NCBI RefSeq assembly: GCF_030144855.1
Contig: NC_082730.1
Location: 13,206,001-13,270,000 of the forward strand
Origin: Hypanus sabinus
Taxonomy: Eukaryota
Length of the DNA stretch: 64,000 nt
Reading direction: 5' to 3'
Part shown: piece after piece, positions 25,551-37,913 of the stretch
Layout: each line of letters opens with the position of its first letter
Position numbering within the stretch: the first letter of the stretch is position 1
Program-made: the position numbers and the translations under genes
Notes under the pieces: model-generated
Databases searched by the model: none
Told to the model about the DNA's origin: nothing
What the model saw: the letters and a program-made list of their open reading frames with translations, nothing else

Positions 25551-26345
25551 TCAGGTTGGAGGCTACCCAGACGGTATATAACCTGAGTTTGGATTCATCT
25601 TGACGGTAGAGGAGGCCATGGATAGACATATCAGAATGGGAATGGGATGTGGAATTAAGATGTGTGGCCCGACGCAGACTGGGAAACCGTTTTGCTGAAC
25701 ACCTACGCTCCGTCCGCCAGAGAAAGCAGGATCTCCCAGTGGCCACACATTTTAATTCCACGTCCCATTCCCATTCTGATATGTCTATTCATGGCCTCCT
25801 CTACTGCCAAGATAAAGCCACACTCAGGTTGGAGGAACAACACCTTATATAGCAGCTGGGTAGCCTCCAAACTGATGGCATGAACATTGACTTCTCTAAC
25901 TTCTGCCAATGTCCCTCCTCCCCTTCTTACCCCATCCCTGATATATTTAGTTTTCCCCCCTCCCTTTTTTTCCTCTCTTTCTGTCCATCACTTTACCTGT
26001 AATCCATCTCCCTCTGGTGCTCCCCTCCCCGTTTCTTTCTCCCTAGGCCTCCCGTCCCATGATCCTTTCCCTTCTCCAGCTCTGTATCCCTTTTACCAAT
26101 CACCTTTCCAGCTCGCAGCTTCACCCCACCCTCTCTGGTCTTCTCCTATCATTTTGCATTTTCCCCTCCCCCCACTACTTTCAAATCTCTTACTATCTTT
26201 CCTTTCAGTTAGTCCTGACGAAGGGACTCGGCCCAAAATATCGACAGAGCTTCTCCTTATAGATGCTGCCTGGCCTGCTGTGTTCCACCAGCATTTTGTG
26301 TGTGTTGCTTGAATTTCTAGCATCTGCAGATTTCCTCGTGTTTGC
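25551..26345 (+). mobile_element. Penelope-like element 3' part with an inverted 5' segment (copy at ~54399-55193)
   Basis: RRRLGNRFAEHLRSVRQRKQDLPVATHFNSTSHSHSDMSIHGLLYC..LRLEEQHLI (GIY-YIG C-terminus), preceded by its own inverted copy. Confidence 0.82.
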
Positions 26346-27914
26346 TGTGTGTAAGTTTGTTGTTGAGTTTCTTGAGTTACAATTTGTGAACTATTTTAGT
26401 AACAGTCTGAAAGCAATGTAGAAGGTAAAATAGGTGTTGTTCCTTCAACCTGAGTGTGGATTCATCTTGCCAGTAGAGGAGGCCATGGATAGACATATCA
26501 GAATGGGAATGGGACGTGGAATTAAAATGTGTGGCCCGACGCAGACTAGGAAACCGTTTTGCTGAGCACCTATGCTCTGTCCGCCAGAGAAAGCAGGATC
26601 TCCCAGTGGCCACACATTTTAATTCAACGTCCCATTCCCATTCTGATATGTCTATCCATTCCTGCAGATTTCCTCGTGTTTGCTGTGTGTAAGTTTGTTG
26701 TTGAGTTTCTTGTGTTACAATTTGTGAACTCTTTTAGTAACATTCTGAAAGGGATGTAGAAGGTAAAATAGAAATAAAACTCTTAATTTTCCTTTATCAT
26801 TTCATCTCACTCATTGATGGCTTCTAATGAATTAGAACTCTGCTGGGAATTAAAATTGCAAGCGAACTCAACCATGGCCATTCTGATCTCCATCTAAACT
26901 CAGAATAAAATATTTGCACACCTGATCCGGAAGCATTTTGCGAAAGTTGGAGGGAAAACTCATAGGCTGTGCGATATCGGTTCTGACAAAAAAAAAGACA
27001 TCTGACTGACACATGTCATGCAGATCGTATCAAGTACAACCATGCCTAAGCCTGACCCATAAACACAAGAGATGTTTCAGAAGCTGGAGATCCAGAGTAA
27101 CACGCACAAAAGTTAGAGGAACAAAACAGATGAGGCAGCATCTATGGAGAGGAATAGAGACTTGACGTTTCAGGTGAGACCCTTAATGAACCCTGATGAA
27201 GAGTGTTGGTCTGAAATGTCTTTTTATTCTTCTCCATAGATGCTGCTTAACCTGTTGAGTTCATCCAGCATTTTGTGTGTGTTGCTAAGCCTAACCCAAA
27301 TGTTTTAGCAGAAAATACACCAATTCGACTTGTACCTAGCTTACGTAGTCCGGTATGCATCAAGTAGTCATAATCTGACCTGGAATTCCAATCTTATCCC
27401 CTTGTCATTATTAGCTTTTAATAATGCATTAAAACTCATCTTTTTAATAGGTTCACATCAGGACATTGCTCCTTTGTCTTACAACCAGATTTGCATCACT
27501 GCTTTTCAGTGAAGAACAGCCACTTTATAATTTAGTACCTGTGTGCTGTCTATCCATGTAGATGAATATACAAATTTGAACTCACAGTGAGTAACATTAC
27601 CGAAGAGAAGTTCAGTATTCCAGTGATGGGTCTTTGGATTAGTGATGGATCACCAATTTGTACTGAGAACCCATTCCTACGACAGTCCAAAGATGTGCTG
27701 GGGGCAGCCTACAAGTCACGCCATATATCCGGCACCAACATAGCATGCCTACAACTTACTAACCCTAACTCGTACATTTTTGAAATGTGGGAGGGGGCTG
27801 GAGCAGCCAGAGGGAACCCAGTTGGTCATGGAGAAAACATATAAACTCCTTACTGGCAATGACAGGAATTGAAAGCAGATTGCTGGTCTTGCAGAGTGTT
27901 ACACAAATTGCTAC

Positions 27915-28570
27915 ATGCAATGTCAACATTCATTTCAAGAGGACTGGAATATAAAGGCAAGGATGTTATGTTGAAACTGTATAAAGCACTGGTGAGGCCT
28001 CACTTGGAGTGCTGTGAGCCCATTATCCTCAAAAGAGTGTGCTGAAACTGTAGAGGGTTTTAAGGTGGTTCACAAAAATGATTCCAAGATTGAACAGCTT
28101 GATATAATGTAAAGATTTTTACTCATCATGTGTGTGAAGGATGTAAGAAATAGTGAATTCAATTCATATGAAGAGTGTTTGGTGGCTCAGGGCCTGTATT
28201 CACTGGAATGCAGAAGAAAGAGGGGTGACCTAATTGAAGTCTATCGAATATTTAAAGGTTTTGATAGAGTTGATGTGGAGAGGATGTTTCCTATGGTGAG
28301 AGCACCTGAGACCAGAGTTTACAGCCTCAGAATAGAGGGGTGTCCTTTTAGAATGAGCATGAGCAGGAAATTCTTCAGCCAGAGGGTGGTGAATCTGTGG
28401 AAATGTTGCCACAGGCAGAGGTTGATAGATTCTTGATTGGTCAGGGCATGAAGAGGTATGGGGAGAGGGCTGGAGACTGGGGCTGAGAGGAATAATGCAT
28501 CAGCCTTAATGAAATGGTAGAACAATCTTGATGGGCCAAATGGCCTAATTCTGCTCCTATACCTTATTGT
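27915..28570 (+). mobile_element. CR1 LINE 3' fragment (copy at ~56763-57418)
   Basis: LYKALVRPHLE, RGDLIEVYRIFKGFDRVD and FFSQRVVNLW motifs; CR1 3' UTR ggcctaattctgctcctat. Confidence 0.82.
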
Positions 28571-29369
28571 TTTGTTGCCGTGCTGCCCTTCAATGCCGCT
28601 GTGCCACTCTTCACTTGGTGCCCTTGTTGACACCAAGGAATTTAAAACTACAGACCCTCTCTATTTCTGTTCTGTTGACACTGGCTCATAGACCTCAAGC
28701 TTCTGTCTCCTGGGCTGGGTCTCTCACTTCCTCATAAGCGAACAAATATCTTTGCAACATGGCGTAGAGTACAAGGCATTGAGATATATCCTGCTTCACA
28801 ACTTGCTGTGGCCATGTTAACCAAGTTCCATTTTAAGCACATTAACTGTTGCTGACTGATGCTTGACAGTTTGTCCGAAAGTCAACACATTCACAGAGAA
28901 AGGATGCTGCTCACACCAGGAACTAACTCAGAGGCTTCAACTGGAAACATAATTTTTCAATTTGTTATTTGAAATTTATTTTCCATATTCACCTCTATTA
29001 AAGTGGAAGAAAGCTTTTAGGTTCTAAACACAGAAAATTGATGCTGGTGCAGCTGGTATTTTGGATATTTTGTGTAGTCCTATTGCAGTTGTGGAAGAAA
29101 AATAGAGGGTATGGGTAATCCTAGATAATTTCTAAAGTAAGTACATGTTTGGCATAGCATTGTGGGCCGATGGGCCTGTATTGTGCTGCAGGTTTTCTAT
29201 GTTTCTTTGTGGTGGTTATTATAAAACTACACGTGGCACCGTGAAGTACAGATTGAAAGGGCCATCTATATTGTTGCAGATCTGGAGTTAGTTGTGGATA
29301 AGATTCGATGCTGAAATTAGTTTTGTTATTTGTTAAGCACATATTTCCCTCTCTACCCCTCTCTGCTTT

Positions 29370-30230
29370 TTGCAGGTATTGTTCCCTCCGCAACTGCCTG
29401 GTCCACATGTCCCTCCCCACAGATCTCCCACCTGGTACTTATCCCTGGAGGCAGAAGTGCTACACCTGTCCCTACACCTCCCCTCTTTCCACTATTCAGG
29501 GCCCCAAACAGTCCTTCCAGGTGAGGCAACACTTCACTTGTGAGTCTGCTGGAGTCATCTTGCATCCGGTGCTCCCGGTGCGGCTTCCTCTACATCGGCG
29601 AGACCCGATGCAGATTGGGGGACAGCTTCGTCGAGCACCTCCACTCCGTCCGCCACAACAGAACAGATCTCCCGGTTGCCACCCACTTCAACTCAGCTTC
29701 ACATTCCCATTCGGATATGACCATAAATGGCCACCTCTACTGCCATGATGAGGCCAAACTCAGGTTGGAGGAGCAACACCTCATATACCGTCCGGGTATG
29801 AACATCGAATTCTCCAACTTCCCGTAATTCCCTCCCTCTCCCTTCACCCATCCCACTTTCACTCTGCCTCCTCTTCCAGCTGCCTACCACATCTCTCATG
29901 ATTCTGCCTTCTACTACTACTACCCATAGTGCTTTCCCCTTACATTCCTTCTTCACCTTTCCTGCCTTTCGCCTCCCTGCTTCCCCACCCCCACCCCTTG
30001 CTCTATCCTCTGATTGGTTTTTCACCTGGCACCCACCAGCCTTCTCCTTCCCACCCTCCCCCGACCTTCTTTATAGGGCCCCTGCCCCCTCCTTCTTCAG
30101 TCCTGATGAAGGGTCTCAGCCCAAAATGTTGACTGCTCGTCTCAACGGATGCTGTCCGACCTGCTGAGTTTCTCCAGCGTGTTGTACGTATTGATTTGAC
30201 CACAGCGTCCGCAGTGTACTTGTGTTTAGT
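29370..30230 (+). mobile_element. Penelope-like element, GIY-YIG endonuclease and 3' end (copy at ~58218-59078)
   Basis: CYTCPYTSPLSTIQGPKQSFQVRQHFTCES...CIRCSRCGFLYIGETRCRLGDSFVEH, the GIY-YIG with Cys-rich linker characteristic of Penelope. Confidence 0.87.
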
Positions 30231-30379
30231 TTTGTTATTGTCAGTTGCACTGAGGCATTGTGAAAAAAAGACTTTCTTCCGCATTCCATCTGCACAGATC
30301 ATTTAATTCACACATTGCATCGAGGGAGTACAATGGAAAGGCTTTAACATTTTGCAGAATACCTCGTTACAGCTCCAGA

Positions 30380-31075
30380 GAAAGTGCAGCGCAGACAATG
30401 AAGTGGAAGGCAACAGTGAGGATCTTGCTGACCCCTGTGTGGTCGTTGGAGAAGAAAACTGAGGATCTGAGGACAAGACTGCTGTATCAGAGATGAGAAA
30501 AATCTCAGTTGTTTGTTGTATCGGAACTTGGACAGGCCAGCTGCAGCAGTCAGACCAGAAGGATCTATGATTTACAGAATTGACCGAAGTGTGGACTCAC
30601 GTAAGGCAAAGGGTGGAGTCGTGTGTTTTATGGTCAGATCTTGTCAGTGCTCTGACTTGGCAATTCTGTCAAACAGTGTACAATCGTCTTGGAACACCTA
30701 AAGATCAATTGCAGACCTATCTATTTGCCTTGGAAGTTATCATCTGTGATCTTGACAGCAGCTTGTGTATCACCAGTGGCCGGCAATAAACAAGCACTCA
30801 CAACACTGCATGACGTCTGCAGAAAAGAAACAGCCCATGCCGACACTTTTCAAATTGTAACTGGATACTTCAACCAGCACTGTTTGAAGAATACCCTGCT
30901 CAGTTACCACTGTAGCACCAGAGGTCCCTGCATTCCAGACCACTGCTGCACTATGTTAATGAATGGCTGCTGTTCCTTGCCCAGACTGCAATTTGGTAAA
31001 TTGGATCACTTGGCTGTCCTTTTCCTCGCTATATACAGGCAGAGCCTAAAAAGCAGGGCGGCAGAGAAAAAAAAA
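30380..31075 (+). mobile_element. Rex1/Babar-like LINE endonuclease fragment (copy at ~59228-59923)
   Basis: EHLKINCRPIYLPWKLSSVIL...GYFNQ...TRGPCIPDHC...FGKLDHLAV are APE motifs. Confidence 0.75.
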
Positions 31076-31129
31076 AGAAATAAGGTGGATGATCTTGTAG
31101 ATTGTCAGGTATGATGTTGTGACTGATTG

Positions 31130-32110
31130 ACTGGAGGCAGTGAATGGGAATAAAATGATCTTTTTCTGGTTGGCTGCCGAAGACCAGTGATGTTCAGCGG
31201 GGGTTGGTGTTGGCGCTGCTTCTTGTTATGCAGTATATCAATGATTTAGATGATGGAATAGATAGGTTTTTGCCAAATTTGCAGAATATACACAGGCTGG
31301 TGGAGGGGCAGGTAGTGTTGAGGAAGCAGGTAGGATGCAGAGTGACTTAGATAGATTTGGAGAATGGGCAAAAGAGAGGCAAATGAAATACAATGTTGGA
31401 GAATGCATGGCCACACACTTTGCTAGAAGAATAAATATGCAGACTATTTTCTAAATGCGGAGAAAATCCAAAATCTGAGATGCAAAGGGACTTTAGAGTC
31501 CTTGTGCAGAACGCCCTAAAGGTTAACTTGCAGGTTGAGTCGGTGATGAGGAAGGCAAATGCAATGTTAACATTCATTTCAAGAGTTCTAGAATACGAGA
31601 ACAGGAATGTGATGCTGAGGCTTTATAAGGCACTTGTGAGGCCTCATGTTGAGTGTTGTGAACAGTTTTTGGGCGCCTCATCTACGAAAAGAGGTGCTTG
31701 CATTGGAGAGGATTCAGAGGAGATTCACAAGAATGATCTGGGAATGAAAGGGTTATCATACAAGGAATGTTTGATAGCTGTGGGTCTGTACTTGCTGGAA
31801 TTTAGAAGGCTGAGGGAGATCTGATTGGAACCTTTTGAATGTCGAAAGGCCTAGACAGAGTAAATGTGGAAAGGATGTTTCCCATGGTGGGTGAGTCTAG
31901 GAATAGAGGGTACTTCCTTGGGATTGAGGAGCATCTATTTAAAACAAGAATGCGGATACATTTTTGCTGGTGAATTTGTGGAATTCATTACCACAGGCAG
32001 CTGTGGAGGCCAGGTCATTGGGAATAATGAAGGTAGAGGTTGATAGGTGAATGGACATGGCATCAAAGATTTTGGGGAGAAGGCTGGGTAGTGGGGCTGA
32101 GAAGCCTTGA
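31130..32110 (+). mobile_element. CR1 LINE RT/3' fragment (copy at ~59980-60955)
   Basis: KVNLQVESVMRKANAMLTFISRVLEYENRNVMLRLYKALVRPHVE motif. Confidence 0.82.
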
Positions 32111-35100
32111 CTTCTACTGCTATCCTGTGAAGTAACTCTCTTTAGCAGTTTTCTGAAAACCTGGTAAGATTGTGTGCTTCTGGTAAGTGTTTTGGTTTGG
32201 CTAAAGATAAGGAGCAATGTGTCCAATTTAGGAATGTTGTATCAGCCAGTCAGGATTGTGGGATTTAGTGAAGGGGAAGACGACCATGAGGCTCGGGCTG
32301 AGCAGACATCTCAGTCACTGGTTGTATGGCAGTGCTCAGATAATGTGAAGTAACCGAGTCTAGTAGAGAGTTTAAAGGTTCCGGTAGGTGATAACAGTGA
32401 TTTTTCATAAAGACAGAAAATCCATTAGCCACTTCAGCGAATTCCCTGCAAGCTCTGGAGGATGCTTTTGGCACAGCTGAAAGTGCAACCGATTTTAGGA
32501 TGAAGTTTAGGCGCACATTCCAGGAGGAAAGAGAGTTGTTGTCTGCCATGACACGATTGCTTAATGTATTCAAAAGACCCACAAGCTGCACTCTCCTCTG
32601 TGTTTTACTGAATTTCTTTGAGGTTAGATTGGAGGAAAACATGATTGAGAAGTGGAGAATTTCCAAAAGCAGAATAGTGTCTTCAGCGGTAGCCTCTTCT
32701 GTTAAAAGGGCCCCAGATGCCACGAAGATAGATCTTCTGAGGAATGAGTCGAAAACCCTTCGAGCTGAGCTGACTCGATGGATACCTGCAAATGTTTCAG
32801 CTAAATGTGACACGTCTGTTTGGAAACCCGACAAACCTGTAGGACGTGCTAAGCAGAGGATGGCCGCTGGAAAGTGCCTTTGACTGGAGAGGTGACTGGT
32901 CTTTTCTGTTACAACAGTGGAGGAGGTGGATATTTCGAGTGAGACTGTGAGTGACAGGAAAATCTTCGAAAAGTAAGTCAGCAGTTAGTCAAAGAAGGAA
33001 GAAATCTACGGAGGGACCCAGTAAAGGAATGTTCTGGCACTTCAGAGAGAATACGTTCCAATCAGTGTATCAAGGGAAATACTGAAGTGCAATACACTGT
33101 TCCCGATGATTTAGTGGGACCAAGCTCTGATGTATCCATATAGATTGAAGGTATTTATCTTAGAGCCATACTGGACACTGGTTCTCAAATTACATCACTT
33201 TACAGATCCCGCAACAACCAGTATTTGATGCATTTACCATTGACACCACTCAGTTCCCTTGTGATTTGGGGGCTTAGTACTGCTGATTACCTGTACGATG
33301 GTTACTTATCGTTGCAACTACAATTTTCAGAAGCAGGTGTTGGAGTAACTGAGGCTTTTGATATCCTTGAGTAAGTCTGCCAGGAACTGGTTGAAAAAGG
33401 GGAAGCTTCATTCTTGTGGGAACAAACACTCCAATGGTGAGAAGGCTCATGAGAACATTTAAAAAGGGAGGTGAGAGAAGTTCTTTAAAACCATGTCCAT
33501 GCACCCGGTGTTCAGAGCTGCTTTTGAGGAAGTGATGAGCATAAATGCGTAACTGTGTCGTAAACCCAGTCCAAAGCTGGCATGTTACGTCCTGAAAAAA
33601 CAGCTGAAGCAACTGGATAGCCCAAGTTCCCCGGAATGCCCGATGCGAGACCCTCTTGATGGATGCTCTAGAGGATCTCGAAGAAGAGTCATGCGTAGCT
33701 TCTGGAGTGCCGGTGAGACCTGAGCTGCAGAAACCTTTGGGTGCCCATGCAAGCAGGGTGACAGTATTGGTGGAGGTTGCTCCATGTGTACTCGCCACAC
33801 TATTAGAGTGACGGAGGACTCCCCTTTCCAAGAGAGGTCGCGCTGTTTAGGACCAGCGGAGGTTGAACATGTTCAGCAGCCCCAGTTTAAACTGGGCTCC
33901 AGAATAATTGGGGATGAAGCTGAGTTTAGTCAAGTGGCAAGGGGACCGGAGTGACTGGAATGAATGAGTGATAGGCGGGGGAGGCATCACCGAGAAAACA
34001 GGAACAGTACTGAGGAGTGCCTGAGGCTGAAGAAGCTGAAGATGAAATAAGATGGTCTCAGAGAGTCAGGAAACCCCCAGTAGTCTGGCACATGATGTAC
34101 CAGGAAAACAGTGCCCTGTCCATCCAATGGACTGCCAATATGTTATTGCCAATTACAAATGGATTGGGGAACCTGAAATCACAAACTGCATTTGAATACC
34201 ATGTTATTAATAATGGTTCAATAAGTTCCAAAGTCATGAGAATGTGACTATTTTTGGTTTGGGAGGGGAGGTGTGGGGAGAGTGTAATGCTCTAGTTAAG
34301 ATTTCTACTGCTTCACTGAGTAGAATTTATTTTAGCAGTGTTTCGTAAGAGCAGTGTGTGCCACTGGTAAGAGCATTTTAGCTTCAGCTACAGGCAAGGA
34401 ACCATGTTTTCCAAGATAGGAATGTAGTGTCAGCCAATCAGGACTGTGGGGTGTAAAGAAGGTTCTGGAGAGCTGTGTGGGAAGAGATTTTTGAAAGACA
34501 GTCGTCTGTTTTGGGGTCCTTTCGGGCTGGAGCTGCGGAGCGGGTCAGGAGGGAAGATGCTGCAAAGTGCCTTTGGATGGAGAGTCCCCTTTGCAAGAAA
34601 TGCTTTGTGCAGATGAATAGCTGGAAGAAGGAAGGGCCAATACTCCTGAGAGGTTCGGTTTGTTTGAACTGCCTTTGAGGGAAATTCGGACAGTGGCAAA
34701 TGGTTTCATACAGACCATGGTTCGAGCACGTGAGGAAAGCAATACACCCCCTGACTACCACTGAAATGAGCTCCAGCATTTATGTGCACATTGGACTGGT
34801 TTAACTGTAACGGGCCCTTTAATTTATCTTAGCAGATTTCTGTAACTATAAATCTGGTAAATGTATTTTCTTTATAATTTCATGCTGGTGTACGATCTGT
34901 TAGTTCTGGGCTACCGATAATTGTGTATGGGAAGTACTTACACAGCATTCGCTGAAATTGAGGTTTCTTTCATTGGGACATTGCAACATTCCTGTTTGGT
35001 TGAATCATACTGACCTGAGAGGTATTTTGCTTATGAAAGTCAGCCTCCTCACCAATGAGTCACCTGGCTGTTAGCAGAGTTAGAAAAAGAGCCAAGTTGG

Positions 35101-35127
35101 TGCACAAGCCCCAGAGAGAGGGTTACA
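32110..35127 (+). mobile_element. Internally deleted Gypsy LTR retrotransposon (PNMA-like gag, protease, pol end, 3' LTR)
   Basis: gag IKTENPLATSANSLQALEDAFGTAESATDFRMKFRRTFQEE (~32410-32540); protease IYLRAILDTGSQIT (~33150-33195); pol-end IRWSQRVRKPP (~34045-34080); polypurine tract gggaggggaggtgtggggagag; LTR TG(34283)...CA(35127). 32110-32280 resembles the start of the LTR. Confidence 0.8.
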
Positions 35128-35249
35128 TACAGACTTGCCTTGTTAGCCCACAGGAAAATGCATCTCAGGGCCGTATGTGTAGACACATATGTACTTTGAT
35201 AATAAATTTACTTTGAACTTTGATATCTAAAGCATTTTGTGTGTGTTGC

Positions 35250-35700
35250 CAGTGCATCCTTCCCCCTTCCCAAACTCACTATCTGCCACTTCCAAATATA
35301 CTGACAACTTCCCACCAATACATTGAATACTTCTCACTAATAAACTGACAACATCTCCTTCTCCCTTCCACAACCCTGTGAACTCCCTCCTGACAACACA
35401 CTGACAGCTTCCACTATCCCGTCCCCAACACACTGCCAATTTCCCTCACCCCTCCCCAATACATTGCCAACTCTCCTTTTCTTTCCCCACATGTTGCCGA
35501 CTCCTCTCTTTCCATCCCCATCACACAGCCAACTTACAACTCCCTGGAACTTGGCAACTCCCTCCACCACAACATCACCAACTTCCCTCTCCGCAACACA
35601 CCACCAACTTCCAATTCCCAGCAGCCTGGCAAATTCTTCCTCCCCCCCTCAATGCCAACTACTCCATCCCCAACACATCATGATCTTCTCTCTGCCCCAC
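35250..35700. repeat. Degenerate C/A-rich minisatellite-like tract
   Basis: Recurrent ccccaacacactgccaact-like units (caacacactgac, caacacactgcc, caatacattgcc, cacatgttgcc). Confidence 0.55.
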
Positions 35701-37774
35701 TTCCTCAACACTTTGTCGTCTCCATTATTCTGAATGCATTCTGTCAGCCCATTACACTACCCCAGCCCCCGGCAACTACAAACTCAACCCCAAGCACCAG
35801 CTACCAGCCGTCCCTCCACCCATATCAACATTCCCCCAGCATCGGGCTCCATGCCACCTTGTCTTGCGCACAGATTTCATCAAGTCCATGGTTGCTGAAC
35901 ACCTCTGAGCTTGTTCAGGAACAAGGAGGGATGAAGACCAAAGTGGCCACCAGCTGCTTGCTCCTGCACCAGGCCAACACAGCCCCAAAGAAAGCTGTCA
36001 TGGTTGAGGGAAAAAGCTGCACTAAAACAAAGAAACGTTCACCCGACTTTATTTGTGATGTTTCCTAGGTTTCCTTTGGAGGTTGAATTAATCATTATTA
36101 GTGAGCAACCACTGAATACACTACAGTTTCTGAGTAATGTTGTGTTCTGGCATTTCTAGGAGCATCATGTACCGGAAGATTGATGTGTGTGTTTTCCACG
36201 TAATCTCTACATTGCTTCACACTGGCATACGCCACAGGCTTTTCCTGTATGGTAAAGTGTGAAATATAGTTAGTGGTGGACTGTTGACAGGGGGGCTGAA
36301 CTCAGAAAATGGCAGAGGAGAGCATTAGTGAGAAGAATTGGAGAGTACGTAAACAACCCCCAGGAGCTTTTCCTAGGTCTATAAAGAGAAAATAAATCTA
36401 TGTGAACATAGAAAGTGAGCCTGGGGAAATGCCACGGGGAATGAGTAAATTTCATTCAGGAATGGCCTCTTTTTACTACAGTCAGGGAGGAGATGAGGAT
36501 CCTGAAGACCCACCCTCAAAAATTTAGGAACAGTTTCTTCCTCTCTGCCTTCTGACTTTTAAGTGATTCATAAACCCTTGACCACTCCTTGTTACTAATA
36601 CAAGAGGCTCTGCAGATGCTGGAAATCGGGAGCAACACACAGAACATGCTAGAGGACGTCAGCAAGCCAGGCGGTATTGACGGACAGGAAGAAGGTGTCA
36701 ACTTTACAAACTGAGACCCTTCATCAATACTGGAAACTCAGATCCATCTTCTTCAGATAACCATAAAAACAAAGAAAACCATGGAGTTTGTTCAAAACCC
36801 GTGCCATCCAACCAAAATGTTCAACTGAATTAGTCCATTTGCTTGCATATGGCCCATATCCCTTCAGGCCTTTCTTATTCATGTATCAGTCCTAATGTTT
36901 TTTAAATGTAATCGTATCTGCCTCTACAGCTCCCTCTGGTAACTTTTTCCATATGCCTGCCACCCTCTGTAAGAAGAAGTTGTCCTTCAGTTCCCTTTTA
37001 AACTTCCCTTTCTCTCACATTCAACCTATTCTTTTGTTCACATGACAATGAACTTCACTTGGAGTTACAAAACAAAGTAAAATTGTGTAAACGTCAGAAC
37101 CTATTGAGAAACAGGATGGCTTTGTCTGCTTTTGAACTCCTTCAGTTAGCTCCTGGTTTGCTGTTTTCACCACTTCCTTTGTACCACTTTCAAAGAAACA
37201 CTTTCTTGTTCATTCTAGGTATAACCATAACACTTGTATCATCTTACTGGAATGTCCAACCATCCGATAGAGGTATTGATTTTGTAGAGACCTGCAGCAT
37301 GCAACAAATGAGCTATTGGGATCTCAATGTTGTGCCAACTTTTTAACCTACTCCAAGACGATTCTAACCCTTCCCCTCCCACACAGTCCTCCATTTTTCT
37401 TTCATCCTAGTGTCTATCTAAGAATATCTTGAATGTTCCTGATTTATTTGTCTCTACCACCACCCCTGGCAGTGCATTCCACTCCCTGTATGAAAAACCA
37501 CCTCTGATATACCCCCCATGCTTCACTCCAATCACCTTAAACGTATGCCTTCTTGTGTTAGTCATTGCCATCCTGTGTAATAGGCTCTGGACGTCCACTC
37601 TATCTATTCCTCTTGTCATCTTATACATCTCAATCATGGTATTGTCTAAGCAGTGCTTTCCAAATGTATAAACTGGTTGATTTGGTAAACTAGGTGAATG
37701 GTCTGAATCTGTGAAAGGCGTCTCAGAGAGGAGATGAATTTTTAAGCCATCTTTTGACATTTAGTATCATCTTG

Positions 37775-37913
37775 CTAGTTAACTGAACTGAACTTATCAG
37801 TCTTGTCTTCTACCTGAGTATTATACAAATAATGATGGCAGTTAATGAGCAGCAGGAAGAGAGCTGACAAGGCAACTGCAAGTACGACATGCCATTGGGA
37901 TGGTCTTGGCTTC
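37775..37913 (-). CDS. TM-like exon non-homologous to gene 1 TM; apparent 1-nt frameshift
   Basis: Acceptor gtctttgtcatattctgcag|G. The phase-2 reading is (R)KPRPSQWHVVLAVALSALFLLLINCHHYLYNTQVEDKTDKFSSVN*. The shifted frame continues the hydrophobic run as TAIIICIILR*. A weak donor CAG|gtagaa is possible at 37814. Confidence 0.62.

Noticed and set aside
32110-34250. PNMA-like gag as a possible domesticated gene
   Set aside because: It has frameshifts, stops and large deletions and is embedded in an LTR element; the copies differ by disruptive indels.
35760-36060. Coding-looking GC-balanced stretch (138-aa ORF 35652..36068)
   Set aside because: No recognisable domain in any frame; the ORF begins in low-complexity repeat. 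It could be a decayed pseudogene or TE fragment and needs a BLAST search.
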